Program-made: the position numbers and the translations under genes
Part shown: positions 1 through 12,485 of the stretch, piece after piece
Numbering within the stretch: the stretch's first letter is position 1
How the letters are laid out: every line of letters begins with the position of its first letter
The notes under the pieces: model-generated
What the model was told of the DNA's origin: nothing
The model's input: only the letters and a program-made list of their open reading frames with translations
The model's database searches: none
Assembly (NCBI GenBank): GCA_013265495.1
Contig: MU057584.1
Location: 226,608 to 290,607, forward strand
Direction: 5' to 3'
Source of the DNA: Vicugna vicugna
Lineage: Eukaryota
Length of the DNA: 64,000 nucleotides

Positions 1-1130
1 CAAGCAATAGAAATAAAAGCAAGAATAAACAAATGGGACCTAATGAAACTTACAAGCTTCTGCACAGCAAAGGAAACCATAAGTAAAACAAAAAGACAAC
101 CTACGGAATGAGAGAAAATTTTTGTAAATGAAACCGACAAAGGCTTGATCTCCAGAATATACAAGCAGCTCACACGACTTAATAAGAAACAACCAAACAA
201 CCCAATCCAAAAATGGGCAAAAGACCTAAACAAGCAATTTTCCAAGGAAGACATACAAATGATCAATAGGCACATGAAAAAATGCTCAATGTCACTAATT
301 ATCAGAGAAATGCAAATCAAAACTACAATGAGGTATCACCTCACACCAGTCAGAATGACCATCATTCAAAAATCCACAAATGACAAATGCTGGAGAGGCT
401 GTGGAGAAAGGGGAACCCTCCTACACTGCTGGTGGGAATGCAGTTTGGTGCAGCCACTGTGGAAAACAGTATGGAGATCCCTCAAAAGACTGGGAATAGA
501 CTTACTGTATGACCCAGGAATCCCACTCCTGGGCATATATCCAGAAGGAACCCTACTTCAGGATGACACCTGCACTCCAATGTTCATAGCAGCACTATTT
601 ACAATAGCCAAGACATGGAAACAGCCTAAATGTCTATCAACGGATGACTGGATAAAGAAGAAGTAGTATATGTACACAATGGAATACTACTCAGCCATAA
701 AAACCGACAACATAATGCCATTTGCAGCAACGTGGATGCTCCTGGAGAATGTCATTCTAAGTGAAGTAAGCCAGAAAGAGAGAGAAAAGTACCATATGAG
801 ATCACTCATATGTGGAATCTAAAACAAACAAACAAACAAAGCATAAATACAAAATAGAAACAGACTCATAGACATAGAATACAAACTTGTAGTTGCCAAG
901 GGGGTGGAGCGTGGGAAGGGATAGATGAGATTTCAAAATCGTAGAATAGATAAACAAGATTACACTGTATAGCACAGGATCTTATGGTAGCTCACAGAGA
1001 AAAAAATGTGACAATGAATATACATATGTTCATGTATAACTGAAAAATCGTGCTCTACGCTGGGATTTGACACAACATTGTAAAATGATTATAAATCAAT
1101 TAAAAATGTTAAAATAAATAAATAAATAAA
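1..1130 (+). mobile_element. LINE-1 3' end (ORF2 C-terminus, 3'UTR and A-rich tail), relatively young
   Basis: ORF 145-666 translates to the L1 ORF2 C-terminus (…[29 protein letters not shown]…[18 protein letters not shown]…[21 protein letters not shown]). It ends in an (AAAT)n tail at ~1111-1130. A stop at 664-666 interrupts ORF2. Confidence 0.95.
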
Positions 1131-1888
1131 AGTACCTGGGGGGTGGATATAAAAGGATAAATTAGAAATTCAAAAATTGCACCTCTTGGGGAGTGATGGA
1201 AATGTTAGCTATCTTGATTGTGGTGGTGGTCTCACAGGTGCATACATCTATCAAAATTCACCAAAGTGTACATCTGAAGTATGCATAGTTTACTGTACAG
1301 GAACCACACCACAATAAAGAGGTTAAATAGATAAATGAATAATGCACCTGGGAAATGAGACATTTCCCAAGGAAGGAAAACTTAGAAACACTAGACTGTA
1401 TTTTAAATTACCACATAATCTTTCAATTTTTTTTTTTTTGCTTTTTTAACATTTAAGACCAGTTAAGAAATAAGGCCCAGAACTGGAACACTTCATGTTT
1501 CTAACTCCGCAGGTACAGGACAGAGACAAGACTCCACCACATCCTTGATCTCACAACTGCTGAGATCGTTTTACTTGGGGAGTATGGGTGCACCTTCTCT
1601 TTAATCAAAACTGGTTTCAACACCTTTTGGTTTAAAAGTTTTCACAAGGAAACAAAAGGGAGCTCAGTTCTGCTCACAGTCAACCCTGCATCCAATGTCC
1701 TTCCCGGCTCCCACCCCAGCAGACAGTTCTGCACTTGATCCTGCTTTCGTTTCTTCACATCACAAGTCTATTTATACCTTGGGTTTTTTGTTGTTTTTTT
1801 AAAATACAGCTTCCACTAGAATGGGTTCTGTAAGAGCTTAGCTCACCTCTCTCCTATTTACCATGGTTTCATTGTGCTTAAATCAGTA

Positions 1889-2022
1889 TGGGGGCAGGGG
1901 GGATAGCTCAGGGGTACAGCGCGTGCTTAGCATGCATGAGGTCCTGGGTTCAATCCCCAGTACCTCCATTAAAATAAACATATAAACAAATAAAACTTAA
2001 TTACCTCCCCCCAACAAAAAAA
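1889..2022 (+). mobile_element. tRNA-Ala-derived SINE (camelid Vic-1-like)
   Basis: tRNA-like head with A and B boxes (ATAGCTCAG…GGTTCAATCCC), AAATAAAC…TAATTACCTCCCC tail and polyA. Target-site duplication AAATCAGTA at 1880-1888 and 2023-2031. Confidence 0.9.
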
Positions 2023-2031
2023 AAATCAGTA

Positions 2032-2360
2032 CAGTCATCACTCCAAGTCTGCCAAGGACTGGTTCCAGGACCCCCAGATACCCAAATTCTTAGATGTAAG
2101 TCCCTTATATAAAATGGCATAGTATTTGCATATAACCTATACCTACCCTCCTGGATACATTAAATCATCTCTAGATGACTTATCATACCTAATACAATGT
2201 CAATGCTATGTAAATACTTGTAAGTACCAGGTAAATGCTACATAAATAGTTGCCAGGCATGCAGAAAATTCAAGTTGTGCTTTTGGAACTTTCTAGAATT
2301 TTTTAAAAAAATATTTTCAATTGGAGGTTGGTTGAATCTGCAGATACAGAGAGCCGACTG
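2032..2360 (+). mobile_element. MER2-like TcMar-Tigger non-autonomous DNA transposon
   Basis: CAGTC…GACTG termini flanked by TA (2030-31 and 2361-62). Internal GGTTCCAGGACCCCC…CCCTTATATAAAATGGCATAGTATTTGCATATAACC matches the recalled MER2 consensus. Confidence 0.85.
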
Positions 2361-3939
2361 TACTGACACATAGTACGCACTTCATAAATGTGTGTAGACA
2401 GTAAAACCACCACCTGGAATGTGTACCTGAGACTTGGCAGTTGTCCTTTGGCCCCCGAAGGCACCATATCATTGCTGAGCTCGAGACCCTCCTGTCAGGT
2501 GCCCTTTCTTTTCAGAAAATTCAAAGGATCAACCTCCAGAACCCACCCCAACTTACTGTCTTGAACTAAAGGCTCAAAAACCATGTTGTCACAAAAGTGA
2601 ACACACCCACATCAACACCCAGCCACCCCTCCCACCCACTCTGGATCACTGACCATTTTGGGAAGGTCTCTTGTTACTTACACCTTAGCTCCTGCAGTGT
2701 CCTTCAGATAATGTCATCCATCACTTGCCTAGTGTTTGATAATGCACAGAGTACTTCAACATGGAATATCTCATCCAATTGTTCAAACTCTTTTGAGGAA
2801 AGCAATGACATATCTATCTCACCAACACAGAAGTTAACGGTAATAAAATTTAGTGAACTCATTTAAGTCCATGGAGTTCACCAGTGACGATCCAAACACT
2901 GACTGCCTGATCTGAACTTCTCCCCTTTGCACTGCCCCGCCGCTCCACTCCACATCTGACCATTCAAGTTCCACATCAAATGCCACCTCCTCCATGAAGT
3001 GTTCCCGGAAAGCACAGTCTTATCTCTTCTTCCCTTAGTATTTCTTAGCTGTCTTAGCACATGAACTTGCCTTCAGTAACAGTCTGTTCCCTGTCAAGTC
3101 TCAACATTCAGAGCCAGGCAGGTGATTGGTGAGTTGATGACCTGTGGTGGAGGGTCTGTTCTCTGTATATTTGAGGAAAGTTGAGAATTATTCACAGAGG
3201 ATGGGATGGGATGGGAGAGAGAATTTTCTTGTGCCTGATAACTAGTGAGACCCTCTGGTGAGGAGGGTCTCTGGGAAATTCAAGCAGGGGAAACTTTCAC
3301 TTTCTAGTTTGGGTCGGGGTTACTTTTACTCTCTCCTGAATTAGTAATTAAGAAACTTTGGTGAATAATATATGCAAAAATGAATCACAAGATGTTAAGT
3401 TATATAGATTTTAGGTACAATTGTCATTTTGTGATTACAGTTATGTGTAGCAGTGGTTTTTAATTTGGCTATGCATCTGAACTACTTGTGAAGATGTTAA
3501 AAAAAAATACAGTTGCCTGGGCTCGATCTCAAGTCTACTTAAAAAAAGAGAGAGAGAGAGACTCTGGGACCTCCACATGGGCCCTGCTTATCACATTCCT
3601 TGAGCTGAAATGTGAACTCTGCCTTATGTCTCCTGCAGGCAGTAAAAGAAATGAACACAGCAAAGAGGGACAATTCTCCTGGTGTGACGCCTACCAGAGT
3701 TAAGATTCTGAACCTTCTTACAGATATAGGAGTTTCCAGCCAGGACACCCCAAATACAAAAGCTTTGAAAATTGAGTTCACTAATAATTCTGTGATTTGG
3801 CTGGAAGCTTTGTCTTATTGCCAGAAGAAGCCTCCGAGTTAGGAAGGGTCTGTTTGGTCAACTTTGTTTTCGGGAGAGCCAGCAGCAAACAGCCCTAGAA
3901 CTGACCTGCGCACGGGCTCGCTATGGAGTGGGCAGGCAC

Positions 3940-4140
3940 TCCGTGACGGCCCTGCCAGTCAAGCCTTCCCAAGGCAGCTCCTGCCCACAACTTACTGCAA
4001 CCTCGTCAGAGACCCTGAGCGCCAGAAACATCCAGATAAGCTGCTCCCAATTCCTGACCCTCAGAAACCGCGAGAGGCAATGAATGTTGGTTGTTTTAAG
4101 CTGCTAAGTTTGCGGTGTGCAACCACAGAGAACTAAGACA
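3940..4140 (+). mobile_element. MaLR (MLT1-type) LTR 3' fragment
   Basis: TTCCTGACCCTCAGAAAC…GTTGTTTTAAGCTGCTAAGTTTG…AACTAAGACA is typical of an MLT1 3' end. Confidence 0.7.
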
Positions 4141-4759
4141 AGAAGAAAGGTGTTTTTATCTAGGTAGCTCAAAATGTGTGAGAAGCACATTTCTGCCCGT
4201 GAGAACGAAGTCATCTTTCTCCCTGGCACCTCACACAGGGCCTCGCACCGACTAGGCAATCGACAAATGTGTGATGGAAGTAAAACTTAGCGAGTAGATT
4301 GCTAATTCCATTGTATGACACAGAGGAGAATAGCAAAAGGACCATTATGATTCCCAGAAAACACTCGAAGTCACTCGCTTAAAGTACAATACCAATGGCC
4401 ACCCCCAAACTCGTTTTACCTGTGCTTTTGACAAAGACGTGGATGTGCATGTATGTAAATGTACACATTCATAACGCTGACACTCTTGCGCATGCGTACA
4501 TGGAATCAAATGCAAAATCATTTACAGCAACGCCATCCGTAACAGCAAAGAACCGAACACCAAATCTCCATTAACGGCAAACTCATAAAACCCGTGGCAT
4601 ATTTAGAAGCTGAAATCTGGGCACTAGGGGTACACACGGGTATGGAAATGTCACTGCCCCCAGATCCTCACAGTGGACAGAGACAGGGAATGTATGTGTG
4701 CAAATCTGCACATACACACGCACACACACATCGAGGCACACAGACACGTCTACATATTT

Positions 4760-5580
4760 CTACATCTACATATATTGAAAACCATGAGCCCGACCAACAG
4801 CTCCGGTTCCATTGATCACCGCCAAGTTCATTCCAGTGTTCTCTCTCTCTCCACAGCTGATGGTGAGAACCCTGCTTCCCATCATCCTTGTTATATTTAC
4901 TCATCTGATCAAACCTCCCCGATCCCCGTAAGTAGCTAATCTCCCATTTCCCCTGCCACTCCCTGTCCCTCCTCGGCCCACTGGGCTCTGCCACCCCACA
5001 GGAGGCCGCCCTCTCCTCGTCACCCTGCCTGGGCTCTGATTCCACAGGCCAGGCAGCCTCTCCTCGTGGACTTCCTCTCTTGCCACTTGGCCGGGGACTC
5101 CGTGTGGATGCCCTAGCCATCCTGCTTGCGCTGACACTCCACGCGGGGCCACCCTCGTGTGCAGACGCCCTCAGCCTGCTCAGGCTGTGACATGCCACAC
5201 CAGGATGTGCCCCTGTCCCCAACATGTGCATGTCTCACCTGCTCTGGCTCTGACACCCCTAGCTGGACCGCCATCTGAGTGGACACCCTGACTGCATGTT
5301 GACTGCCAATTCTGGGGTGTCGCCTTTGTGGTTGCCCTTCTTCCCTGCTCTGGCTCTGCCACCCCAAACCAGATCCCCCTCTCCCATACAGACATAGCTC
5401 ACTCCACTTGGGCTCTGACTCCTGGTGTCATCTTCTTCACCCCACCTGGTCACTGATGCCCCCCAACATGGATGCCCTTGTCACCCCCAGGCTGTGACAC
5501 TCCACAGCAAGCAGCCCTCCCTCAACTGCAGACACCGACCTAGCTCTGCCCCACCTAATAGCTTCAGGACTGAACTGTTC
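4760..5580. repeat. Degenerate ~50-60 bp tandem array (recurring GGCTCTGAC motif), probably part of an old L1M 3'UTR
   Basis: Repeated CTGGGCTCTG/GGCTGTGAC units at ~4981, 5029, 5181, 5244, 5350, 5410 and 5490, preceded by L1M-like sequence. Confidence 0.55.
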
Positions 5581-6275
5581 AAGAGGAGAAAGGTGAAATT
5601 TTAATTTAACATTAAAAAAATTAAACATTCTTAAAGAATAGCTGCTGTAGGAAAATGCTTTGAATTGTTCATTTCTTAATCTTAAAATGCACCATGCAAA
5701 AGCACAAAAATATAGATAAGTAAATGAAAGCATAAAGTCACTTGGAATATAACTTACAGATAATCTTTGTTAACTGATCAATTTGGGACAGATTTTCTAT
5801 GCATACACAAACTTCACCCCCTTTTTTTTTTTATCAGTTTGAAATGCTATTTACTTAACATAGATCATAAATATCTTATGTTGGTAAGTATGTGTTACTC
5901 TATCAATGGCTACAGTGAATTTCATTTCATGGTCTTACCATAACCCGTAACTCTCCTCCTGCACTGCACATTCTCATTCTTTCCAATTGCTCATTCTCAA
6001 GCACAGCTGTGAGCTGCTGGTCAAGGGGGAATCAGTACCCTAAGGGCTTTTGATGCAGGATGCCAAATTCCTTCCAGAAAGAGTTATTAGGGTTAAAAGG
6101 GTGCGGAAATGCCAGGAGCCTCATGAAATGTACAGTGTGTTAGATGCCTGCTGATTGGGAGGGACCAGAGGGCCCCAAAACACTGCAGACAGCCTCTCAA
6201 GCCCAGAGGGTCAGGCTGTGGGGCGTGCGTGGGAGCAAGTTCCGAGTCTCCCTGGGGAAGGGATGCTCCACTTAC

Positions 6276-6326
6276 CTGTGCACAGGCCCTCAGGGGCCCT
6301 GGGGGCTTCTCATCCCGCTCTTCCAT
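6276..6326 (-). CDS. ZNF180: ZNF180 first coding segment (MEERDEKPPGPLRACAQ), within exon ~6276-6365. The KRAB-like and zinc-finger exons were not found in the window and presumably lie left of it.
   Basis: The translation CLCLEESMEERDEKPPGPLRACAQ closely matches recalled human ZNF180 LCLEESMEEQDEKPPEPPKACAQ. Donor CAG|GTAAGT at 6276/6275; polypyrimidine acceptor TTCTCCCCTTGCAG ending at 6366. Synteny with CEACAM20 agrees. Confidence 0.85.
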
Positions 6327-8849
6327 GCTCTCCTCCAGGCACAGGCAGGGGCCTGACGTCCTGAGCTGCAAGGGGAGAAGCCCTGAGAAAAGCATCCTTG
6401 TGCAAGTCCACTGTGGCTCCCCCATCCCTGGATTAGTCTCTGCTTCCAGGATGCAGTCACCATGGCAACTGTGCTTCCAGAGGTTCCTGCCCGATAGATT
6501 CCTGTCTGAAGAGCTGTGCACACACCTACAGTCCCTCAGTTCCTCTCCCAGGCCAAGACTGCAGCTCTAGCCTGGTTTCTGTTACCTGGGGCCTCTGGGC
6601 CACCTACCCAGAAACTCACATCATGCCCAAAGGCAGCCTTCTGCCCACCACCAAGATCCGCAGCACAAATCAGTCCCTCTCTTTTCCACTGGATCTGGGG
6701 ACCCCCACAAACACCCAGCACATTGAGGATCCTCTAGTGTGCACCCTCCCCCTGCAGCCCCAAACCAGTACCTCTTCTAGGGTGAACAACAGGCCCAAAC
6801 TGATGGCCCAGAGTTAAACTCCATGACTAATTGCATGAAGCTCATGACAGCCCCACCACTCCCAGGACCCCATCCTTCCCCTGCCCCTCCAGTGCCTGTC
6901 ATGGGTGGACTGCCTCTCACTTCCTGCTCAATAGCCAAGTATGTGCACAGAGCTGAGCTGCACCCAGGACCTGGTCCCTCCACCATTCTGGGGTCAGTGG
7001 GCCCCTACAAGAAGTGCACCAGCTCAGAATCCCACCTCCAACCCCTCCAGGCCCAGAATGTGTACCCTAGTTGCCTTGGTACCAACCAACTGTTTCCAGG
7101 TCTGAGACTAGAACAGCCCCTGGCAAATCCCACCCTACACATCCCATCCCCACCTCATCTCTCCCTGTCACCAGTCAGCCCCACTGGATCCTCACTCAAA
7201 CAGTAATAGCATGAGTTCCCGGTGCAGCTGTATCCTGAGCCTGCACCCATACCATTTCCTCCACCCACCTCCACAGGCCCCAACTTGAGTCGCACCCGCC
7301 CAGATTCTTGCTCAAACATCTTCCTGGGCACCTGCAGCTCAGGGAGATGCTGTCTTTCCCCCAACCTGGGCATCCTCAGGGTGTGATTAGGGAGCCAGGT
7401 GCACAAAGATCCCAGTGCCCTTGTCTCACCCAAACACATGTGCGTGTGCACAGAGGGCACCTGGCACAGCCCTACCCTTCTGCAGCCCAGAATCTGTGGC
7501 TGCTCCCTCTGCTGCACCCACCAGGACATACTCAGGCTGTACCAGGGCCCCAGGACTGCCCACGCCTCCACATTCTGCCCAAATGCCAGTGCATGTGCAG
7601 AGCACAGACTTGGCCCTTCCCAGTCCAGAACTGGAAGCTCCAAATTCAGCCCTCCCAACCCAGCCTCTACTCCAGCAGCCACCACACAGGGGCCACCCAG
7701 TTAGGTTCCCTTCTCCTGCTGGCATACCCGAGCACACAAAGCAGGCTCATACCCAGACTCTACATCCAGAACCTGGGCCCTCCACCAGCCTGGGGCATAA
7801 GTCCTCGCTCTTGAGATGAGAGGCTGCATCTCCCACTCTGTGCCTCAACTTCTCCTGGATACATAAAGCATCCACTAGCCTCTGGGAGGGCTCTAGGGTC
7901 CCCAGCCCCACTGCCTGCTTACCACCAGAGCTTCAGAACACCCGAACAGTAGTCTAAGCAGAGAACTTCAGAATCAGGCCTAGGACTTGGGCACTCACCA
8001 GCCTGGGGGTTCTCAAGCTCATGGCAGAGCAGCTCCCATGGCAACAGGGTCCTTTTGCTTCCGCCAACCCAAACATGAACCCTGGCTGCCACTGAGAGTA
8101 CAGCCCCTTCCAGGTCCAAATCTGCAGCCCAGACTCTGTCCCTCTACCAACTGGGGCATTCTCATGCCTGCAAGCTAAGTGGCTGGAGCAAAGGTCCTGG
8201 GAAAAACTACTTCACAATCATACAGGCAGCATCCTGCTTCCTCCCCAAACAGCTGTCGATTTAATGGCAACTGGTGCAGCTCTGTCATTTCCGGGCTCCA
8301 ATTCTGTACCTATCACCCACCGTCTACATCAAACTTGAATGTCCTAGAACTCTGCACTATCTTACAAGGGTCCAGTTAAACATGTGCAGAGAGCGCTCCG
8401 CCTCGAACCTGCCTCTAGGCCCTGGTCTCTCTGCCAACCTAGTCCGTAAGCTATCCCCACCATAGGCGTCGGGGGAAGGAGGGCTCGCTAAAGCAATGCT
8501 CCCTCTTCTGAAACAAGAAACTGCAACTCCAGCTTGGTCTGTCCACTACCCAGGGCGCCCCCAGGCCTGCAAAAAGAGCAGTCTGTTCCAGGATCCGAGA
8601 GCCAGCCGCCCAGAATCCCACCTCCCACCTCGTGCTTTCTACTCAAACAACTACTCAAGAGTATACTAATAATGACAGAGCCCCCCTCCTTCAGGAATCA
8701 GAATCTGCAACTGAGCACTTCCCAGCCATTCTCAGGTCCTCCACTAAACAGGCCCAGGCTTGTATGAGGAGGAGGCGGGGTTCTCAAGATAGCTCCCACA
8801 TCCGTGCATTCGGCCTGTCTTCCACCAACGTGGGCATCCTCAAAGCATC

Positions 8850-9670
8850 CCAAGAGAACCACCTGACTAGGAACTCGCGCGCGCACGCGCGCAGAGCACA
8901 GTCCCAGAATCTGCAGCTGTTCTAGTATCACTACCCACTTTGGTGACCCGAGGGTGAAGCACCGCCCACGCAGGTTCCAAATCGCCCACCCACAGTCCCG
9001 ATCCCAGCGTCCGGCCTAGACCCTGCGCATGCGCGCATGGAGGAGCCGGCGCTGCCCCGCCCCTCACAAACCTGGGCGTCCACAGGCTCGAGGGCCAGGC
9101 AGGGCCCGTCCCAGTCAGTCCCCAGCACGGCTCTGCGTCAGGACGAGCTCGGTTAAGCAACTCTCTGCCCCAATTCTGCATGCGACAGACTCGGGTTAAG
9201 CTAGTTCTGTCCCCTTCCCTAGTGGGCATCCACAAGGCCGCTTGGTTTAACCTCCAAAGGGCTGAGGTGCACGGAAACAACAAGCGTCCGCGCGCGGAAC
9301 AATGGCTGCGCTTCTGGCCGAACCCGGAAGTGCGTGTGGGCTCCGCGAGCTGGAACTACAATTCCCAGAAGCCTCGGCTGCGCGGGCGACGATTGGGCGA
9401 GGACCCAGCTCCTTAGGGGAGGTGGACCGAGGTGGTGCTGCTGCACAAAGCCTAATGTTCGGTCGGAGTCCCGGCTGGGTGTTGAGAGTGGGCATGTCCG
9501 AGTTTTTGTGGGGCGCCGAGACGAGGAGCCAGATCGGAGGCCATGGCACCGATGCCTGGGGAGTAGCTGACCTGGTCTGGGCTCAGTTTGGCGCCCACGA
9601 ATGACTGAAAACGGGATCCGGTTGGAAACGGCGGGGATCCCTCCCTGCCTTGTCAGACGCTTGTGCACCG
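8850..9670. promoter_or_regulatory. ZNF180: CpG-island promoter and first-exon region of ZNF180
   Basis: Strong CpG enrichment. NRF1 palindrome GCGCATGCGC at 9025-9034, ETS/GABP CCGGAAGTG at 9324-9332, and ZNF143/THAP11-type ACTACAATTCCCAGAA at 9355-9370. Confidence 0.85.
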
Positions 9671-10384
9671 TCTCTTCTGGTCCTCATGGGAAAGACAGTT
9701 GCTACAAACCCGTTGAACAGTTCAGGGAGCTTCTATCAACCCCATCAAGAATCGGATATATGTTTGTAGTTAATAATAGTAAAATAGCAAGAATCCTTAA
9801 AAAAATTTTTCTTTCTTTCTCCTACCTATAAGGACTTAAGGATCTGTTCCCTGCCCCAACCCCTTGCTCTGTGACTTCATCTCCTGACCATTTTCCTGGC
9901 TCAGTTGCAGTTACACTGGCCTTTACACCTTCCCCAAAAACTCAAGCAGGCTCCCACCTCAGGACCTTTGCATGCGCTCTTCATGCTGCTTGGCAGGCTT
10001 TCCCTCTGAGGATTGTCCCACCTTTTGATTTTTAGGCAAAGGTCACCTCATGAGGCATTTCCCCCACCAACCGTTGTAAACTTGCAAACCAACTCGTCAC
10101 TTCCCATGTAATCCCTGCCTCCCCCATCTTTATTTTTTTCTCTTGAGAACTTTTCACTAATATACTATATATTTTAGATATTTATTTGGTCTATTGACTA
10201 TCGGCCTTCACCACTAGACTGTCAGCTCCTTAAGGGAAAGGATTTATATCTACTTTATCTATCCCCAGCACTTAAGGGATGTGGCACATAATAGCTGCTC
10301 AATAAACATTTGTTTTGAGTAAATAAAATACTTGTTTTATTTCATGTTAAACTATATTAACACTTTAACATCTAACATCACATT

Positions 10385-10511
10385 GGGGGGAGTGCACTAA
10401 TTAGGTTTATTTATTTATTTTGTTTTATTTTAATGGAGGTACTTGGGATTGAACCCAGGACCTTGCGCATGCTAAGCATGTGCTCTACCACTAAGCCATA
10501 TTCTCCCTCCC
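10385..10511 (-). mobile_element. tRNA-derived SINE (Vic-1-like)
   Basis: Reverse complement of the same SINE (GGGATTGAACCCAGGACC…GCATGCTAAGCATG…CTCTACCACT). Confidence 0.9.
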
Positions 10512-11949
10512 AATGCCCCATTAACCAACACAATTGCCCTGTGAGGAAATTGTCATGGTTATTCCCACCCCACCAGGGAGGAAGCTGAAAATTGGAGCCC
10601 TGCTGTATGAATACAGAGTATCTTAAAGTTTTTTCTTTTAATGCTGCCAAAGCACTCCTGTAGTGTTCCTCACACAAATTCTGACTTTCAACAACAAAAA
10701 TTATTGCTGTTGGAAATGTAATCTCTACCCCCAAAGTTTCTTATAATTGGTTATTGTGCTTGATGCTTTTTTAAAAAGTATTTATTTTGGTTAACCTACT
10801 GAATTCTTATGAATTCTTATAGTATTCCATTTGATTTTCTTGGCTTCTCTACTGAGACAGTCATCTACAGATAATAATTTCATCCCTTCCTTACCAGTAT
10901 TTTTAACCAGGTATTTCCTTTCATGGAAGATAAAACTGAAACCCAGAAAGACTACGTATCTTACCTTAGATTGTATTGTAAGGGCACAGCTGGTATCTGA
11001 GTTCGAGAAGTCTGACTCTGGAGTCCATGCTCTTAATTTTCACATTATTCCCCCCTTGCCTACACTTCAGTATCTTTCCTACATATAATCAATACAAAGT
11101 TTGCAAACAAGACAGAGAAAGGTTTGTATGTATTCATAACAGAAGCCAAAAAAAAAAGGTCCTACAAGTAAATTTAGTAATATATATAGAGACATTAGAG
11201 GAAACCTTCAAAACCCTAGTGAGAGAGAGTAAAGACATACAAATGCCGCCTTATAACTGTTGTGCTGTAAAAATGTTCAATCTTGTAGATTGATTTACAG
11301 ACTCAGTACAAACATGACAAAATCACAATGGGTGCTTTGAATGTTAGCTCATCTTCCTTTTTTTCTGTTCAGTTGTTTTTGTTGTTTTCTTTAATTTAAG
11401 ATATTCAGACATTAAAGCATAAGTGATATGTAATTTAAAACTGACTTTGTCTTTTGTTTGGTCATTTTTTTTCCCTTCAAAATGAACTAGATGGTAAAGT
11501 TTACTTCCAGGAGCACTCGAATCCCTGACCTAACCTGAATTATAGGGACTTTGGAACAGCTACTACTAAGGAACAGGAGCTCCTTCTACAAAGATGCCCA
11601 ACTAATCCAGAGATTTCTCTCTCAGTTGTCTGGGGATTGGCTGTGACCCAAGTTTCATACTGAGGTTCTACTGGCCAGGAGTTGGGTGAGGGCTTAATAT
11701 CTGAAGAGCAAGGAGGTTGAGAATCCATTTGCTTTAAAGACAAAAGATAAGGGAGAGGAAGAGTGTGACCTGTTCCTAGGATATTTGGTGGTAAGGGGAA
11801 GCAAAGAGGAGGTTCTTGGCAGAAAAAAAAAAAAGGACAGTCCTTGTCCTTTGCTTGATCCTCTGTCTCAAACTATAAATGTTGAAGGGGCCAGTGCTTA
11901 GTTTGTCAGTCCCTACCCTTCTCTGTCTTCATCCACTCTCTTTGGGATC

Positions 11950-12485
11950 TGTAGAGGAAAGGGTTAACATAGCAGGCCTGAGTTGCTCAAACCCTGCATA
12001 TTCCCCACAAAAGGCCTATCTCCATGATTAGTTCTTGGTCGGCTTCTAGCAACTGAGCTTTTGGAATGTTCTAAGTGATAAAAGTGTTTTTGCGTGTCTG
12101 TACCCATTTGTCCAGATAGTTATACAAACAATGTGATCTGTAGTGAACATCTGCTACCCTTCTGGGAGTCTGGAGCTTCAGTGACTGACCCCTTTTAAAA
12201 ACCTTGGACATTCAAATTCAGGGTGAGCCTCCCCGGTTGGCAACACTTCATATGTGTTGTCACACAATGTGGGAATCCCCATGTGACTCCACAGACAAGG
12301 GACACGTGGGAGCTTACTCATGGTTTCCTCCAGACATTGCCATTGGCACCTTCTCCCTTTGCTGATTTTACCCTCTATCCTTTTGTTGTGATAAGCCATA
12401 AAAATGAGTATAAGAACTTCTAGGTCCTGTGAATCCTTTTAGCAAATCATTGATCCTGAGGGTGGTCCTGGGAACCCCTGACACA
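11950..12485 (+). mobile_element. Solo ERV LTR (ERVL/MER21-like)
   Basis: TG…CA termini (TGTAGAGGAAAGGGTTAA…GGGAACCCCTGACACA) with near-identical 5-bp flanks GGATC (11945-49) and AGATC (12486-90). Confidence 0.75.

Noticed and set aside
145..666. 173-aa ORF as a host gene
   Set aside because: It is the LINE-1 ORF2 C-terminus.
1889..1970. tRNA-Ala(AGC)-like sequences here and at ~10440, 13700, 29760, 30110, 53125 and 57205
   Set aside because: Each has a shared non-tRNA tail and polyA, several have TSDs, and the stems are degenerate, so they are SINE copies rather than tRNA genes.
2680..2860. Minus-strand protein-like stretch (ITVNFCVGEIDMSLLSSKEFEQLDEIFHVEVLCALS…) as a ZNF180 exon or retrocopy
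   Set aside because: It does not resemble ZNF180, contains a stop, and matches no family I recognise; a blastx search would be needed.
4668..5453. Cluster of GC-rich ORFs up to 187 aa
   Set aside because: They arise from a degenerate tandem array or old L1 UTR, with no domain signature or splice support.
6500..8900. Many overlapping Pro-rich ORFs
   Set aside because: C-rich ZNF180 intron 1 sequence with no coherent protein motif.
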